From positions 2,309,247 through 2,373,246 of the forward strand of contig OZ220714.1 in assembly GCA_965116585.1 (NCBI GenBank): DNA of 64,000 nt, given 5' to 3'. Of this stretch, positions 18,201 to 26,632 are shown piece after piece. This DNA is from Gammaproteobacteria bacterium. GTDB taxonomy: Bacteria; Pseudomonadota; Gammaproteobacteria; Eutrophobiales; Eutrophobiaceae. The notes beneath the pieces were generated by a model. The model was not told the origin of the DNA, made no database searches, and saw nothing but the letters and a program-made list of their open reading frames with translations. The position numbers and the translations under genes are program-made. Within the stretch, counting starts at the first letter, position 1. The number at the start of each line of letters is the position of its first letter.

Positions 18201-20680
18201 CGCTGCAAATAGTTGGCTGCAAGGGCAGGCTCGGCTCTCGATGATCTCAGTAGAAGCTGTCCAAGAGATTTTCGGAAAGCATCCAGGTCGGATACCTTCG
18301 CCCAGTAAGCAGAGTTCTCATCAGGCCCATCGGCGGTACTGATCGCGTCGATGGCGGCGAGCCAGGTAGCGCACTGTTGCAGAAGAGCGCGGGACGTTGG
18401 GTTGCGAATGTCGGCCAGGATATTCTGCCAGACATCGAAGACAGCCACGATCTCCGGATAAAGCCTCTGCGGAATGCCTGAAATGCGTCGAAGGATAAAG
18501 TCGATTAGGCGACGCCACGCGGAGAGGTCGGAAGGCCATCCGAGAAAATAGGCAATCCGTTGTCGTTGCTCTAGTGGATACTCCCCAGAAAGGATCATTT
18601 CATTCGGGGTAGTCTTCTCAGCCTGAAACCAGACGAGCGTCTTCCTGAAAAGGTAGAAGTCATTGGCAAAGACGGCCATCGCGAATTGATCCTCATCAAC
18701 TTCAAACCTCGCAGTTCCGAAAGGACCCACCAGCCAGGCTCGCAACCATTGTGATCTTAGACCTGAATCCCCAGCTTGGGCGAGGTACACTGGCCAGTCT
18801 GCTCCATGTGCATACTCCCATTGGGAAGCGAGTTCGACGACGCGCGCGACCGCTGGTGGTTCGCCGCAGTCCTTGATCACTTCTATCCATTGTGGCCCGC
18901 GATCGGCAAGGACGTGGAAGAAGGCCCATTCAAAGAAGATATCGTGGGCGAAACGGACGGAGATCCCTTCGCGGACATTCAGGAGTATGCCGTCCGATCT
19001 CAGGTCATTGATGTATGTAACGGAGTTGAGTTGGCCAAGGCCAATCGGTTGGCTAAGTTGACGGGCATGAACACGCGCTAAGTTGAGCAGCGCGCGTTGG
19101 CGTTCAATTGCGCGTTGGCCTGTTTCATTGTAGCCGCCCCGTCGCCACCAATTCTCGATCAGATCGATTTCAGATTGTGGAGCGAATGTCGAAGTGCTGG
19201 GGTCGGCTACGTAACCCTGGTTCAGCACCTTCGCGAAAAAGGGTCGTCGGACAATCTCTATCACCTGCGCTGGTCCAAACAGAAGTGGCTTGAGGTGTGG
19301 TTTGGCTTTTGCAAGCGTGTCTGCTTCGTCGTCGCTCAGCTGACCAACGACAAGCGTCTCGACCTTCAGCGCATCAAGGAAGTTACCCAACCAATTACGA
19401 AGCATTTCAATGCCGGTGTCGCGAAGGGAGACAACGACGCGCCAGTTATCGAGTAACGGTGACTCCACGATGGTGCGGACCACATCAATGATGATGGGCT
19501 GGTGCTCATTATTGATGCGATCAATTGCATCAATGAAGAGTATGGGAGTACCGGCAGCCGCAATCTCCAGGAGAAGGTGCTCCAAGGAGGTACCCGAAAG
19601 ACCCTGCGAGGCAGCGTAGCTGGTCCAGCTGGTGCCTTCGAGTTGTTCGGCTTTGAGGAAGAGGACCGGTCCGTGTTCTAACGCGCGCTGTAATGTCCGC
19701 TTTACTACAACTGATTTACCGCTTCCGGGTAGACCGCGCACCTGGACGACACGAGCAGTTGTGAGTTTTGCGTCCAGTTCCTCAAGGAGTGAGGCTCGGT
19801 CGAGCTTCATGCCTCCGATATCATCCGGGATGAGGGTTGCATAGCTCATTGCAAGCTCTGTCAGCTTGTCGAGGTCGGGGCGCAATGAGATCGAGCCGCA
19901 AAGGCGTGCGATTGGTGAAATCAAGCGCACAAGCCGCGCGCGATCAAATTGGCCTGACTTGCCTGCTGATGCGCGGGCTAGTTGAACGAACCGCGACCAG
20001 ATGAGAGGCGCCTTGGCTGTATCATCGGGCGCAAGGCAATCTCGAATGCGATTAATGGCATTAGGGGGATCCGTGGCGCCTTCACGAAGGAAGTCGAACT
20101 GAATGAGCACGAAGTGCGCGAGAAAATGATGCACTTCCTCAGATGTGCATGGTGTCCCCTTCGATTCTTCCAGTAAGGCAACGATGTCATTTTTGACGGC
20201 TTTGATGCCGCCCCTGGCATTGCCCCCCTTTGCAAAGCGAGCGTCGAAATGGTCTGCCGTCAGACTTTCACGAGCCCAATCACAAAGGGTCTTGAGCGCT
20301 CGCTCTTTGGCAGGGGAGATCGTGCCAACTGCAGCGCCGTAACGGTCGGCACTGACGCGGAAGTCAGACTTTCCAAGAGTAGCCCAACTGTCGAGAATGA
20401 TGCCGCGAAAGTGTTTGTTCGTTATTGCATTGCTGATCGTGAGCGAACGCTTTACTTGTAGGCTGAGGCGGGCAGGCTTTTTTTCGGCGTCTTCAAAGTC
20501 AATAATTACATCATCGAGAGGTTCGCCGAAGTCGCGCTGCTGAACTGACACACTGACAACGGTTCGATCATCCATGCCGGGGGCATACTCTTCGGCAAGA
20601 AGCGCGGTGAGATAAAACGCAGCCACATCTCCTTCAAAGGTGAAACCCTCGCCGCCAGCGAGTTCAGGTGATTGTTTCAT
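15296..20680 (-). CDS. 1794-aa NACHT/STAND-type P-loop NTPase with an N-terminal PD-(D/E)xK-like nuclease domain and a long helical C-terminal region (Avs / bacterial-NACHT-like antiphage protein)
   Basis: Walker A VRGLPGSGKSVVV. NACHT-type Walker B PILFIDAIDRI (hhhhDxhD). N-terminal GFTFEGDVAAFYL...VIIDFED...LSLQVKRS resembles Cap4/Mrr-like D...(E/Q)xK nucleases. About 1300 aa of the C-terminus is alpha-helical and W/L-rich. Confidence 0.6.
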   Translation of the reverse strand: MKQSPELAGGEGFTFEGDVAAFYLTALLAEEYAPGMDDRTVVSVSVQQRDFGEPLDDVIIDFEDAEKKPARLSLQVKRSLTISNAITNKHFRGIILDSWATLGKSDFRVSADRYGAAVGTISPAKERALKTLCDWARESLTADHFDARFAKGGNARGGIKAVKNDIVALLEESKGTPCTSEEVHHFLAHFVLIQFDFLREGATDPPNAINRIRDCLAPDDTAKAPLIWSRFVQLARASAGKSGQFDRARLVRLISPIARLCGSISLRPDLDKLTELAMSYATLIPDDIGGMKLDRASLLEELDAKLTTARVVQVRGLPGSGKSVVVKRTLQRALEHGPVLFLKAEQLEGTSWTSYAASQGLSGTSLEHLLLEIAAAGTPILFIDAIDRINNEHQPIIIDVVRTIVESPLLDNWRVVVSLRDTGIEMLRNWLGNFLDALKVETLVVGQLSDDEADTLAKAKPHLKPLLFGPAQVIEIVRRPFFAKVLNQGYVADPSTSTFAPQSEIDLIENWWRRGGYNETGQRAIERQRALLNLARVHARQLSQPIGLGQLNSVTYINDLRSDGILLNVREGISVRFAHDIFFEWAFFHVLADRGPQWIEVIKDCGEPPAVARVVELASQWEYAHGADWPVYLAQAGDSGLRSQWLRAWLVGPFGTARFEVDEDQFAMAVFANDFYLFRKTLVWFQAEKTTPNEMILSGEYPLEQRQRIAYFLGWPSDLSAWRRLIDFILRRISGIPQRLYPEIVAVFDVWQNILADIRNPTSRALLQQCATWLAAIDAISTADGPDENSAYWAKVSDLDAFRKSLGQLLLRSSRAEPALAANYLQRAISSKQIRDEVFHDIITFSPVLAQSLPQPVVKLSLAFLRRELPDERVAREKQEQHDAADWRKAALAKPDAERSRQDEIALSGALSLRTVGNFSHHDWNRLSVHDDHRCFPNASPLREPFHSLFQSSPNDALRLLRELCNHAMIAWRQLHRHSPDRRGTPVPLELTFPWDTQKFWGTDREYLWFRSTWAPAAIGCGFMALEEWCFTELERNRAVDELIQQIVEGNECIAILGIASMLALDTETVCEATFPLVTSQRLLTADRNRMVQDFSSTNNLIGFTNSNDNHHIEAIQAANARPVRNKQLSWMVPMFFFGTAPLRHRVREAVLNFKNDLPYQYEEHRDILEAREDLTSQALEYAELVDPENYQVYRTKEDSDQVAVVHVSPSAAKPENVTRAEGASKRLAQTNLWTWASKSFEKKTLSDTYTVEGAIALAKEADSRDLFRHLDDEDEEELSGMRRGAVAATAAITLNFRERCTQENLEWSRDVLARAIRLPEKPGQTWPPGSVIPWHHAIYVARGFAADLHEGTAEQGTAHDLLGLIAHPLEAVSLAALEEACRLWSKDPKLTWAALILAFSLCHIPPRPRGQLRQHNEALHSSSEAQAAVDVAVAFYQNGSGWVPLPLPPPAWMKVKPGKGRSGCQRFVEYDADDTVDADEVWGEPDVYWYSKRAAEILERIPFDGALSSSAKSALLNFLTGVLDWTNQKNVPPWMKPGRRDRSATESFEWTHALGSALGQVVGLLPLSDFQARFLDPILGIEGDNCWDLLSPFVDTYICSYVYDAPVVPEDAVATLDLCLDRLLQAPALQKNGYRRGNLYGFDLPKLVRTLMFVSVERADLATRYVNGDWSEISRILPLIDRFVRAGGWAASVMDPFLTLCERARADYPAEAFADQVLAIIGDGPDNLKGWYGTFIPERIAEMIQHFVHRDAPMALALAQKFLHILDILVDMGDRRSVALQLGEAFREIRLPH

Positions 20681-20782
20681 CGCTAGCTTGAGTCTCGTGA
20701 GTAAACATCAGTCGTGGGAGCGATTGAGATAGATTATGCGCCGAGAATGGACTGCGGGCAATGAAGGATTAAATTCATAACT

Positions 20783-20996
20783 CGGCGAAATGCCCGACAT
20801 CGAGGTAGAACACATCGAAACCCCCACCAAAGCCACCCAACTAGGCGCCAAAGGCTGCGGCGAAGCCGGCATCATCGCCATCTGCGGCGCCATCATGAAC
20901 GGGATTAACGATGCGCTGGAACCGTTCGGGGCGGAGGTGACTTCACAGCCGTTTACGCCGGAGAAGATATTGAGGGTGTTGGGGAAGGTTGGTTAG
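20783..20996 (+). repeat. Right copy of the 214-bp direct repeat; orphan 3' fragment of the CoxL-like gene; putative attR
   Basis: Encodes MPDIEVEHIETPTKATQLGAKGCGEAGIIAICGAIMNGINDALEPFGAEVTSQPFTPEKILRVLGKVG, the last 68 aa of the CoxL-like protein with 3 substitutions. Confidence 0.85.
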
Positions 20997-21122
20997 TTCC
21001 CGGGTTTGCTTACCTGCTCCTTTTGCTGCCTAACCTTCTGGGTGCGGCACAACGTGTTGATTTTTCCTGGCCATTTTGGACTCCATGAGTTTATTTTAGT
21101 TGAATAACCACAATTTTTTGCT

Positions 21123-21149
21123 AATATTTCAACCATAGATTGAAATATT
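21123..21149. promoter_or_regulatory. Inverted repeat (AATATTTCAA-N-TTGAAATATT) in the promoter region of the HTH-ImmA gene; putative operator
   Basis: Perfect 9-10-bp arms in an AT-rich region ~45 bp upstream of a GGAGG ribosome-binding site and the ATG at 21197. Confidence 0.35.
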
Positions 21150-21196
21150 GCATTAATTATTGTGAATATCAACCACATTAATAAAGGAGGAAAACC

Positions 21197-22276
21197 ATGT
21201 TTGGACAAAGACTCAGATTAGCGCGAAAGAAGGCTGGGTTATCAATGCAGGCCCTTGCAAACAGCGTTATACCCAAAGTTAGCGCACAAGCAATCAGCAA
21301 ATATGAGGCGGAAAAGATGATGCCTTCTTCAGCGGTGCTGGTCGGACTAAGCAAAACGCTTGGCGTGTCCATTGACTTCCTCATGGGAGGGCAAGTCGAA
21401 ACCCTGAAAGGTGTCGAGTTCCGCAAACATTCCGGCACCTCGGCACGAGATCGCGCCCGCGTCGAAGCAATTGTGACTGAAAAGGTCGAAGACTATCTGG
21501 CAATTGAAGACATTCTGGAACTGGTTCCGCTTGCCAATCCCTTTGGCGATCTGGTGACCGATGAGATTGAGAGTATCGAGTACGTTGATGACATGGCCCG
21601 GGCTTTGCGGGAGAAATGGCTGCTGGGACTGGATCCAATTCCCAGCATGTCTGCGCTGCTGGAAGATAAGGGGATTAAAGTTATCGAAGCGGATCTACCG
21701 GATCGTTTCGACGGAATGGCTTGTGATGTAAAGCGTAGTGAGGGCAGACCTGACACGGCAGTCGTCGTTGTGTCCAATCGTACTAATATTGAACGCAAAC
21801 GATTTACTCTCGCCCATGAACTCGCACACAGAGTCATTCGCTCGACTGGTAATCCAGGTATCAATCTTGAAAAAGCCATGAACCGCTTCGCAGGTGCATT
21901 TCTTGTACCAAGCGAACATTTAGTCAAGGAAGCCGGGGCACATCGGCACGGCATGACTTATCACGAGTTGGTTCGGCTAAAACATCTTTATGGCGTTTCG
22001 GCGGTGGCACTGTTGATGCGGCTTATGCAGGTAGATATTTTGTCAAAAGCGGCGACCGAATATGCCTTCCGCAGCTATGCACGCACTTGGCGAGTTGAAG
22101 AACCTGAGCCGATCCGTAATGATGAGGGCTTTGGCACCTTTGAACGGCCACAGCGTTTCGAGCGACTGGTTTGGTGGGCCTTGGGAGAACACCTGATTTC
22201 GTCTGTACGCGCAGCGCAGTTCTTACGTTTGCCGGTTTCGACTATCGAACAGGAAATTCGAGGGCCACAAGACTGA
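21197..22276 (+). CDS. XRE-family HTH domain fused to an ImmA/IrrE-family (COG2856) zinc metallopeptidase
   Basis: N-terminal HTH (FGQRLRLARKKAGLSMQALANSV...SKYE) and a HEXXH motif (LAHELAHRV). Confidence 0.8.
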   Translation: MFGQRLRLARKKAGLSMQALANSVIPKVSAQAISKYEAEKMMPSSAVLVGLSKTLGVSIDFLMGGQVETLKGVEFRKHSGTSARDRARVEAIVTEKVEDYLAIEDILELVPLANPFGDLVTDEIESIEYVDDMARALREKWLLGLDPIPSMSALLEDKGIKVIEADLPDRFDGMACDVKRSEGRPDTAVVVVSNRTNIERKRFTLAHELAHRVIRSTGNPGINLEKAMNRFAGAFLVPSEHLVKEAGAHRHGMTYHELVRLKHLYGVSAVALLMRLMQVDILSKAATEYAFRSYARTWRVEEPEPIRNDEGFGTFERPQRFERLVWWALGEHLISSVRAAQFLRLPVSTIEQEIRGPQD

Positions 22277-22786
22277 TGACCTGTGTCGCTGTCAATGATG
22301 CGTCTTGTCTGATAGACCTTCGAAAAGGGCAGCTTCTGCATGTTTTGTCGCGCCTGCCTTATCGTTTCATCGTACCGCTACCAATACGTGTGTCAGAATT
22401 ACTTGACTTCACGCCCCAGGAATGGGCAATTCTCGATGGTGGAGGTATGGAAACCTACCGACCTTCCTCCAAAACGGATGGTGGATGTATTCGCACTAAA
22501 GAGGCAACACGGGAGGCTAACAGCTAACGACTGCTTTTGCTTGGTGGCCACACAATGTCACGAGGGAGGAATTCTTCTGACCGGTGATAGTCTTCTGCGC
22601 AAAGTCGCGTCCGAGGTCGGTATTGAAGTCCATGGTGTGCTCTGGGTCATCAAAGAATTTATAGCAGCCGATGTCTGTGATAAGGCGCTTCTGATAAGAG
22701 CTTTAAATATTTGGAAAGACGATGCAACAGTTTTCCTTCCTAAGTCTGAGATCGAACAGCAGTTAAGCGTCCTTCTTTCCTCATGA
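22276..22786 (+). pseudogene. PIN/DUF4411-like nuclease gene interrupted by a +1 frameshift (two overlapping ORFs, 22276..22527 and ~22450..22786)
   Basis: ATG overlaps the upstream stop (TGATG). N-terminal part MTCVAVNDASCLIDL... is in frame 1; C-terminal part ...RLTANDCFCLVATQ...GILLTGDSLL... (PIN-like acidic motif) is in frame 2. The total ~170 codons fit a single PIN gene. Confidence 0.55.
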
Positions 22787-23006
22787 ATGCATTGATTCTG
22801 TCTATCGACAAATAAAACGATTAAAAAGCGACCTTAGGTGATGGCTTCTCTCAGAGGTAAAATAAATTACATAGGGCAATTTAATTCAAAGCAGGTGGCC
22901 CGCTTGGAAAAATTTTTCCTGATTGCTGATTCCGATTTCAACGTGAACGCGGATTCCGGGAAAGTGAACACCGATTTAGCTTGACCACGTAACGCGAGGT
23001 GCAACT

Positions 23007-23267
23007 ATGGCAGCTTTTGAAAATCTCTTAAAAACAGAGTCCGATTTCTACGGACGCGAGCAACACAATCTATTGGCGAAGTACCCCAACAGGGTTTTGT
23101 TGATACACGGTGATCGTGTTGAAGGAGATTTTGATTCCGAGGAAGCGGCAATTACAGAAGGGGTACGCAAGTTTGGCGTAGGTCCGTTTTTAGTCAGGAG
23201 AGCCGGAGAACAAGAACCTGTTTTTTTCAGCGCCAGCATTAGCGTTGGGCCTGTAAAATGTTGGTAA
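23007..23267 (+). CDS. 86-aa conserved hypothetical protein (paralog B)
   Basis: MAAFENLLKTESDFYGREQHNLLAKYPNRVLLIHGDRVEGDFDS... is ~80% identical to the 11037..11297 product. Confidence 0.6.
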   Translation: MAAFENLLKTESDFYGREQHNLLAKYPNRVLLIHGDRVEGDFDSEEAAITEGVRKFGVGPFLVRRAGEQEPVFFSASISVGPVKCW

Positions 23268-23360
23268 GGTGCGACAAGGATCGTTATTGTACACAGAACT
23301 GGATGAACCTAGGTTCAAGGATTATTTACATTATTTTTTTGTCGAAGGAATCTACATAAC

Positions 23361-25322
23361 GTGCAAATTTCAACAATTCTTGATTATATCGATTATGGTC
23401 ACATAGCTCTTCCAGAGTTTCAGCGAGGGTATGTTTGGAATCGGGACCAAGTACGGAGGCTGTTTGATTCTCTTTATTACCGGCATCCGATAGGTGGGCT
23501 TCTAGTCTGGGCAACTGACGCACGCACCGCAGCATTTCGGGGAGATGGGCCAATAGCCCCAGGAGTTGTCAAACTCCTACTAGATGGCCAGCAACGAATG
23601 ACCTCTCTTTACGGCGTCATTCGTGGCCATGCCCCAAAATTCTTCGATGGGAACGATTACACTTTTACAGGTCTTAGCTTTCACTTAGATACTCAAACTT
23701 TTGCCTTTTATCAGCCGATAAAGATGAAAGATGATCCCCTATGGATTGATGTCTCTCAACTCATGAAGGCTGGTACAGATGGTATTGACGGATTTACCTC
23801 CAAGCTCAGTGAGAATCTGGAATTGTCCCAGAAAGGAGTTGGAATGTATGCAGGGCGATTGATTCGTTTACTTGGTATAAGAGATATTGATCTTCATATT
23901 GAGGAGTTAACAGGTGCAGATAAAACCATTGATGTCGTAGTCGATATTTTCAACCGGGTTAACAGCGGCGGCACAAAGCTTTCCAAGGGTGACCTCGCCC
24001 TTGCCAAGATATGTGCTGATTGGCCCGAAGCGAGAGATGCGATGAAAACGACACTCAAGGGGTGGTCTGACGCAGGATATGGCTTCAATATAGACTGGTT
24101 GTTGCGTTCGGTAAACACTGTGCTCACCGGCGAAGCCAAATTTCAGTATTTGCATGATAAAGATGCTATTGAAATACAAGATGGTTTAAACCGCGCTGTT
24201 AAACATATTAATAATTGTCTCAATATGATTGCCGGACGACTGGGGCTTGACCATGATCGAGTTTTCTTTGGTCGGTTTGCAGTACCAGTGATTGTGAGAT
24301 ATCTGGATCGAAGAGGTGGAATGCTCAATGAACAAGAGAGGGATAAGCTTCTATTCTGGTTTGCGCAGGCAGGGATGTGGGGCCGTTTCTCAGGCTCAAC
24401 TGAATCCTACATTGATCAAGACCTTGAAGCTCTCGAAGGCGAGCATGGTGGGCTTAATCAGCTTATAGAACAGCTTCGTCTTTGGCACGGGGGACTGCGT
24501 GTCGAACCGGGACATTTCACAGGCTGGAGTATGGGAGCCCGGTTTTATCCGGTGCTCTACATGCTAACAAGGATGGGGGAAGCCCTCGACTGGGGAACCG
24601 GTTTGCCTCTTAAAGCAAGCCTTTTAGGAAAAATGAACAGTCTTGAAGTCCATCATATCTTCCCAAAATCACAACTATATGATCGAGACTTTTCCAGACA
24701 AGATGTGAATGCGCTCGCAAATTTCTGTTTTTTGACCAAGGATACAAATCTGGTTATAGGTAACAAATTACCGGAAATTTACTTCCCAAAAATTGAGGAG
24801 GCCCATCCGGGCGCACTGAAATCACAATGGATACCCGATGATCCTGTCCTCTGGAATGTAAGTAATTTCCTTGAATTCCTTGAGGCCAGAAAAGCTCTTC
24901 TTGCAGATGAGGTAAATCACCGCATGGAAGAGTTGCTTCATGGTGATAAAAGTTGGCTCACTGGACCGTCTACACCAATGCCAGTGCTTGAACCAATATC
25001 TGTTCCTGGCAGTATAGAAAGTGAGGATGAGGAAAAAGAACTTGAAGATGTCAATAGCTGGATTTCTAAAAATGGACTCCCTCGCGGTACCTTGTCCTAT
25101 GATTTTTCCGACCCTGTAACTGGACAGCAAAAGGCTTTGTTTGATTTGGCTTGGCCGAATGGCATCCAGGAGGAATTAAGCCAGCCGGTTGCCCTGCTGT
25201 TGAATGAAAGTAGTGAGGTTTTAGCCATCGCAAGTCAGGCAGGGTATCGGTGTTTTCTGAGCACTGCTGACCTGCGACGATATATTCAATCAGAGGTGTT
25301 GATTGAAGAAGTCGTTTCTTGA
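23361..25322 (+). CDS. GmrSD-family (DUF262 + DUF1524/His-Me) type IV restriction-like endonuclease
   Basis: GTG start. N-terminal ...LLDGQQRMTSL is the DUF262 motif. ...LEVHHIFPKSQL...NALANFCFLTKDTN is the DUF1524 HNH-like motif. There is a ~150-aa C-terminal extension. Confidence 0.75.
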   Translation: MQISTILDYIDYGHIALPEFQRGYVWNRDQVRRLFDSLYYRHPIGGLLVWATDARTAAFRGDGPIAPGVVKLLLDGQQRMTSLYGVIRGHAPKFFDGNDYTFTGLSFHLDTQTFAFYQPIKMKDDPLWIDVSQLMKAGTDGIDGFTSKLSENLELSQKGVGMYAGRLIRLLGIRDIDLHIEELTGADKTIDVVVDIFNRVNSGGTKLSKGDLALAKICADWPEARDAMKTTLKGWSDAGYGFNIDWLLRSVNTVLTGEAKFQYLHDKDAIEIQDGLNRAVKHINNCLNMIAGRLGLDHDRVFFGRFAVPVIVRYLDRRGGMLNEQERDKLLFWFAQAGMWGRFSGSTESYIDQDLEALEGEHGGLNQLIEQLRLWHGGLRVEPGHFTGWSMGARFYPVLYMLTRMGEALDWGTGLPLKASLLGKMNSLEVHHIFPKSQLYDRDFSRQDVNALANFCFLTKDTNLVIGNKLPEIYFPKIEEAHPGALKSQWIPDDPVLWNVSNFLEFLEARKALLADEVNHRMEELLHGDKSWLTGPSTPMPVLEPISVPGSIESEDEEKELEDVNSWISKNGLPRGTLSYDFSDPVTGQQKALFDLAWPNGIQEELSQPVALLLNESSEVLAIASQAGYRCFLSTADLRRYIQSEVLIEEVVS

Positions 25323-25639
25323 GGTGAGTAGCATCAGTTGGCTGGCTGCTTTTACGCATCTTTAACCGGGTCGGTGGCAGTTTAGAATGAGGAGGTGCGG
25401 TATATTATGGGTCGTCTATCAGGTAGACGTTGAGGCGGATGCCAGCCAGAGGGATTCCGCCAGTCTGGAGAAAAAGTACAGAACGATGGATGTTGGAAGT
25501 GTCGTGTGAAAAGTGTGCAACCGAAAGTCGAGTGGCGTGTTAATATTATTGCAGACACGGCTGGTAATATTTGTGAACGTTCAAAATACTAAGTGATAGC
25601 TCCACGACGGCGTTCCGAACTGAGAGAGAAGAGGCAAAC

Positions 25640-25864
25640 ATGATCACACAACAGAAAAGACCAGAAAAAACTGGAAATTGTTGGTGTGGGTGTGATGAAG
25701 CTACAGATAGTTACTTCATCCCAGGGCATGACGCAATCGCTCGAAACGCACTATTGGAAATCGTCTATGGGAAACGAAAAACAGCTGAAATCCTTGAGAT
25801 GCTCGGTTTTAGCCCATCGAACAGCGTTAGTGCGGCGAGAGATAGAGTACAAAACAAGAAGTAG
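25640..25864 (+). CDS. Small Cys-rich hypothetical protein (74 aa)
   Basis: GNCWCGCDE cysteine cluster; no known domain; low-GC region. Confidence 0.35.
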   Translation: MITQQKRPEKTGNCWCGCDEATDSYFIPGHDAIARNALLEIVYGKRKTAEILEMLGFSPSNSVSAARDRVQNKK

Positions 25865-25897
25865 TACATTCAGCGTATGACAAAGGCTTAGCTGATT

Positions 25898-26560
25898 ATG
25901 CAACAACTTGTAATAGCTGCCATCCTGATTGCGGCGATGTCTACATTTAGCCGAGATATCAGTAGCCAAAACACCCCGCCAGATAGTCAAGAAGGCGCCG
26001 CTATTGTACAAACGGCCCAGATAGAAGGGCAAGAGACCGCAGAACAACCCCTCGGAATGAAAAACGATGCAAACCTCATTCAGGATCAGGATATTATGGA
26101 ACAGACGTCTCAACCACAGGAACAGGACAGCGTCAAAGAGGTCCCCCAACTGGATGAACAGGATAGCACCACAGAAACTGCCCAGCCAAAGGATAAAGAT
26201 GGGGACCCACAAGCTCTGACTTGGTGCTCACCATTGGTTATAGTCCAATGCTTATGGATGGCGCTGATCGCCATAGGCGCTCCGTTATATTCAAAATGTG
26301 CAGCCCCGGGTAAAAATGAAAAAGAACTCAGGGGCCTGAATTTGCCCAGAGGTTCAATCCGGGCGATACTGGCCCTCTTGGCAGTGGGTTCCTTTGTGAA
26401 TGTGTTGGTATTAGGCGCACCTGCGCTAGGGGAGCGTTTTGATAGTATTCTTGCTGCCTTCGGCACTTTGACGGGAGCCATGACGGGTTTCTATTTTGCT
26501 AATCGCTCTGCGACAACCCATCCTAATTTAAATTCAAATACGGAGTCGCAGACTTCATGA
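25898..26560 (+). CDS. Hypothetical membrane protein (N-terminal TM, acidic/Gln-rich linker, C-terminal TM helices)
   Basis: ORF with hydrophobic N-terminus (LVIAAILIAAM), a Q/E/D-rich low-complexity middle, and two C-terminal hydrophobic helices. Confidence 0.4.
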   Translation: MQQLVIAAILIAAMSTFSRDISSQNTPPDSQEGAAIVQTAQIEGQETAEQPLGMKNDANLIQDQDIMEQTSQPQEQDSVKEVPQLDEQDSTTETAQPKDKDGDPQALTWCSPLVIVQCLWMALIAIGAPLYSKCAAPGKNEKELRGLNLPRGSIRAILALLAVGSFVNVLVLGAPALGERFDSILAAFGTLTGAMTGFYFANRSATTHPNLNSNTESQTS

Positions 26561-26632
26561 ATGGACTGACAGAGGATAACCCGGAAGAGGATAGGTCGAA
26601 ATCTATGAAAAGCCCACCCCAAGACGGTCCTT

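Larger units (their letters stand above)
7593..20782. mobile_element. 13.2-kb genomic island inserted at the 3' end of the CoxL-like gene, flanked by 214-bp direct repeats; no integrase detected
   Basis: The flanking direct repeats reconstitute the target gene's 3' end. Content is a TA pair, an IS66-like element, MTases, nucleases and a NACHT/STAND NTPase. GC is lower by eye than in the flanking core. Confidence 0.6.

Noticed and set aside
20993-21208. 71-aa minus-strand ORF overlapping the attR end and the HTH-ImmA promoter
   Set aside because: AT-rich promoter region with no ribosome-binding site or motif; more plausibly non-coding.
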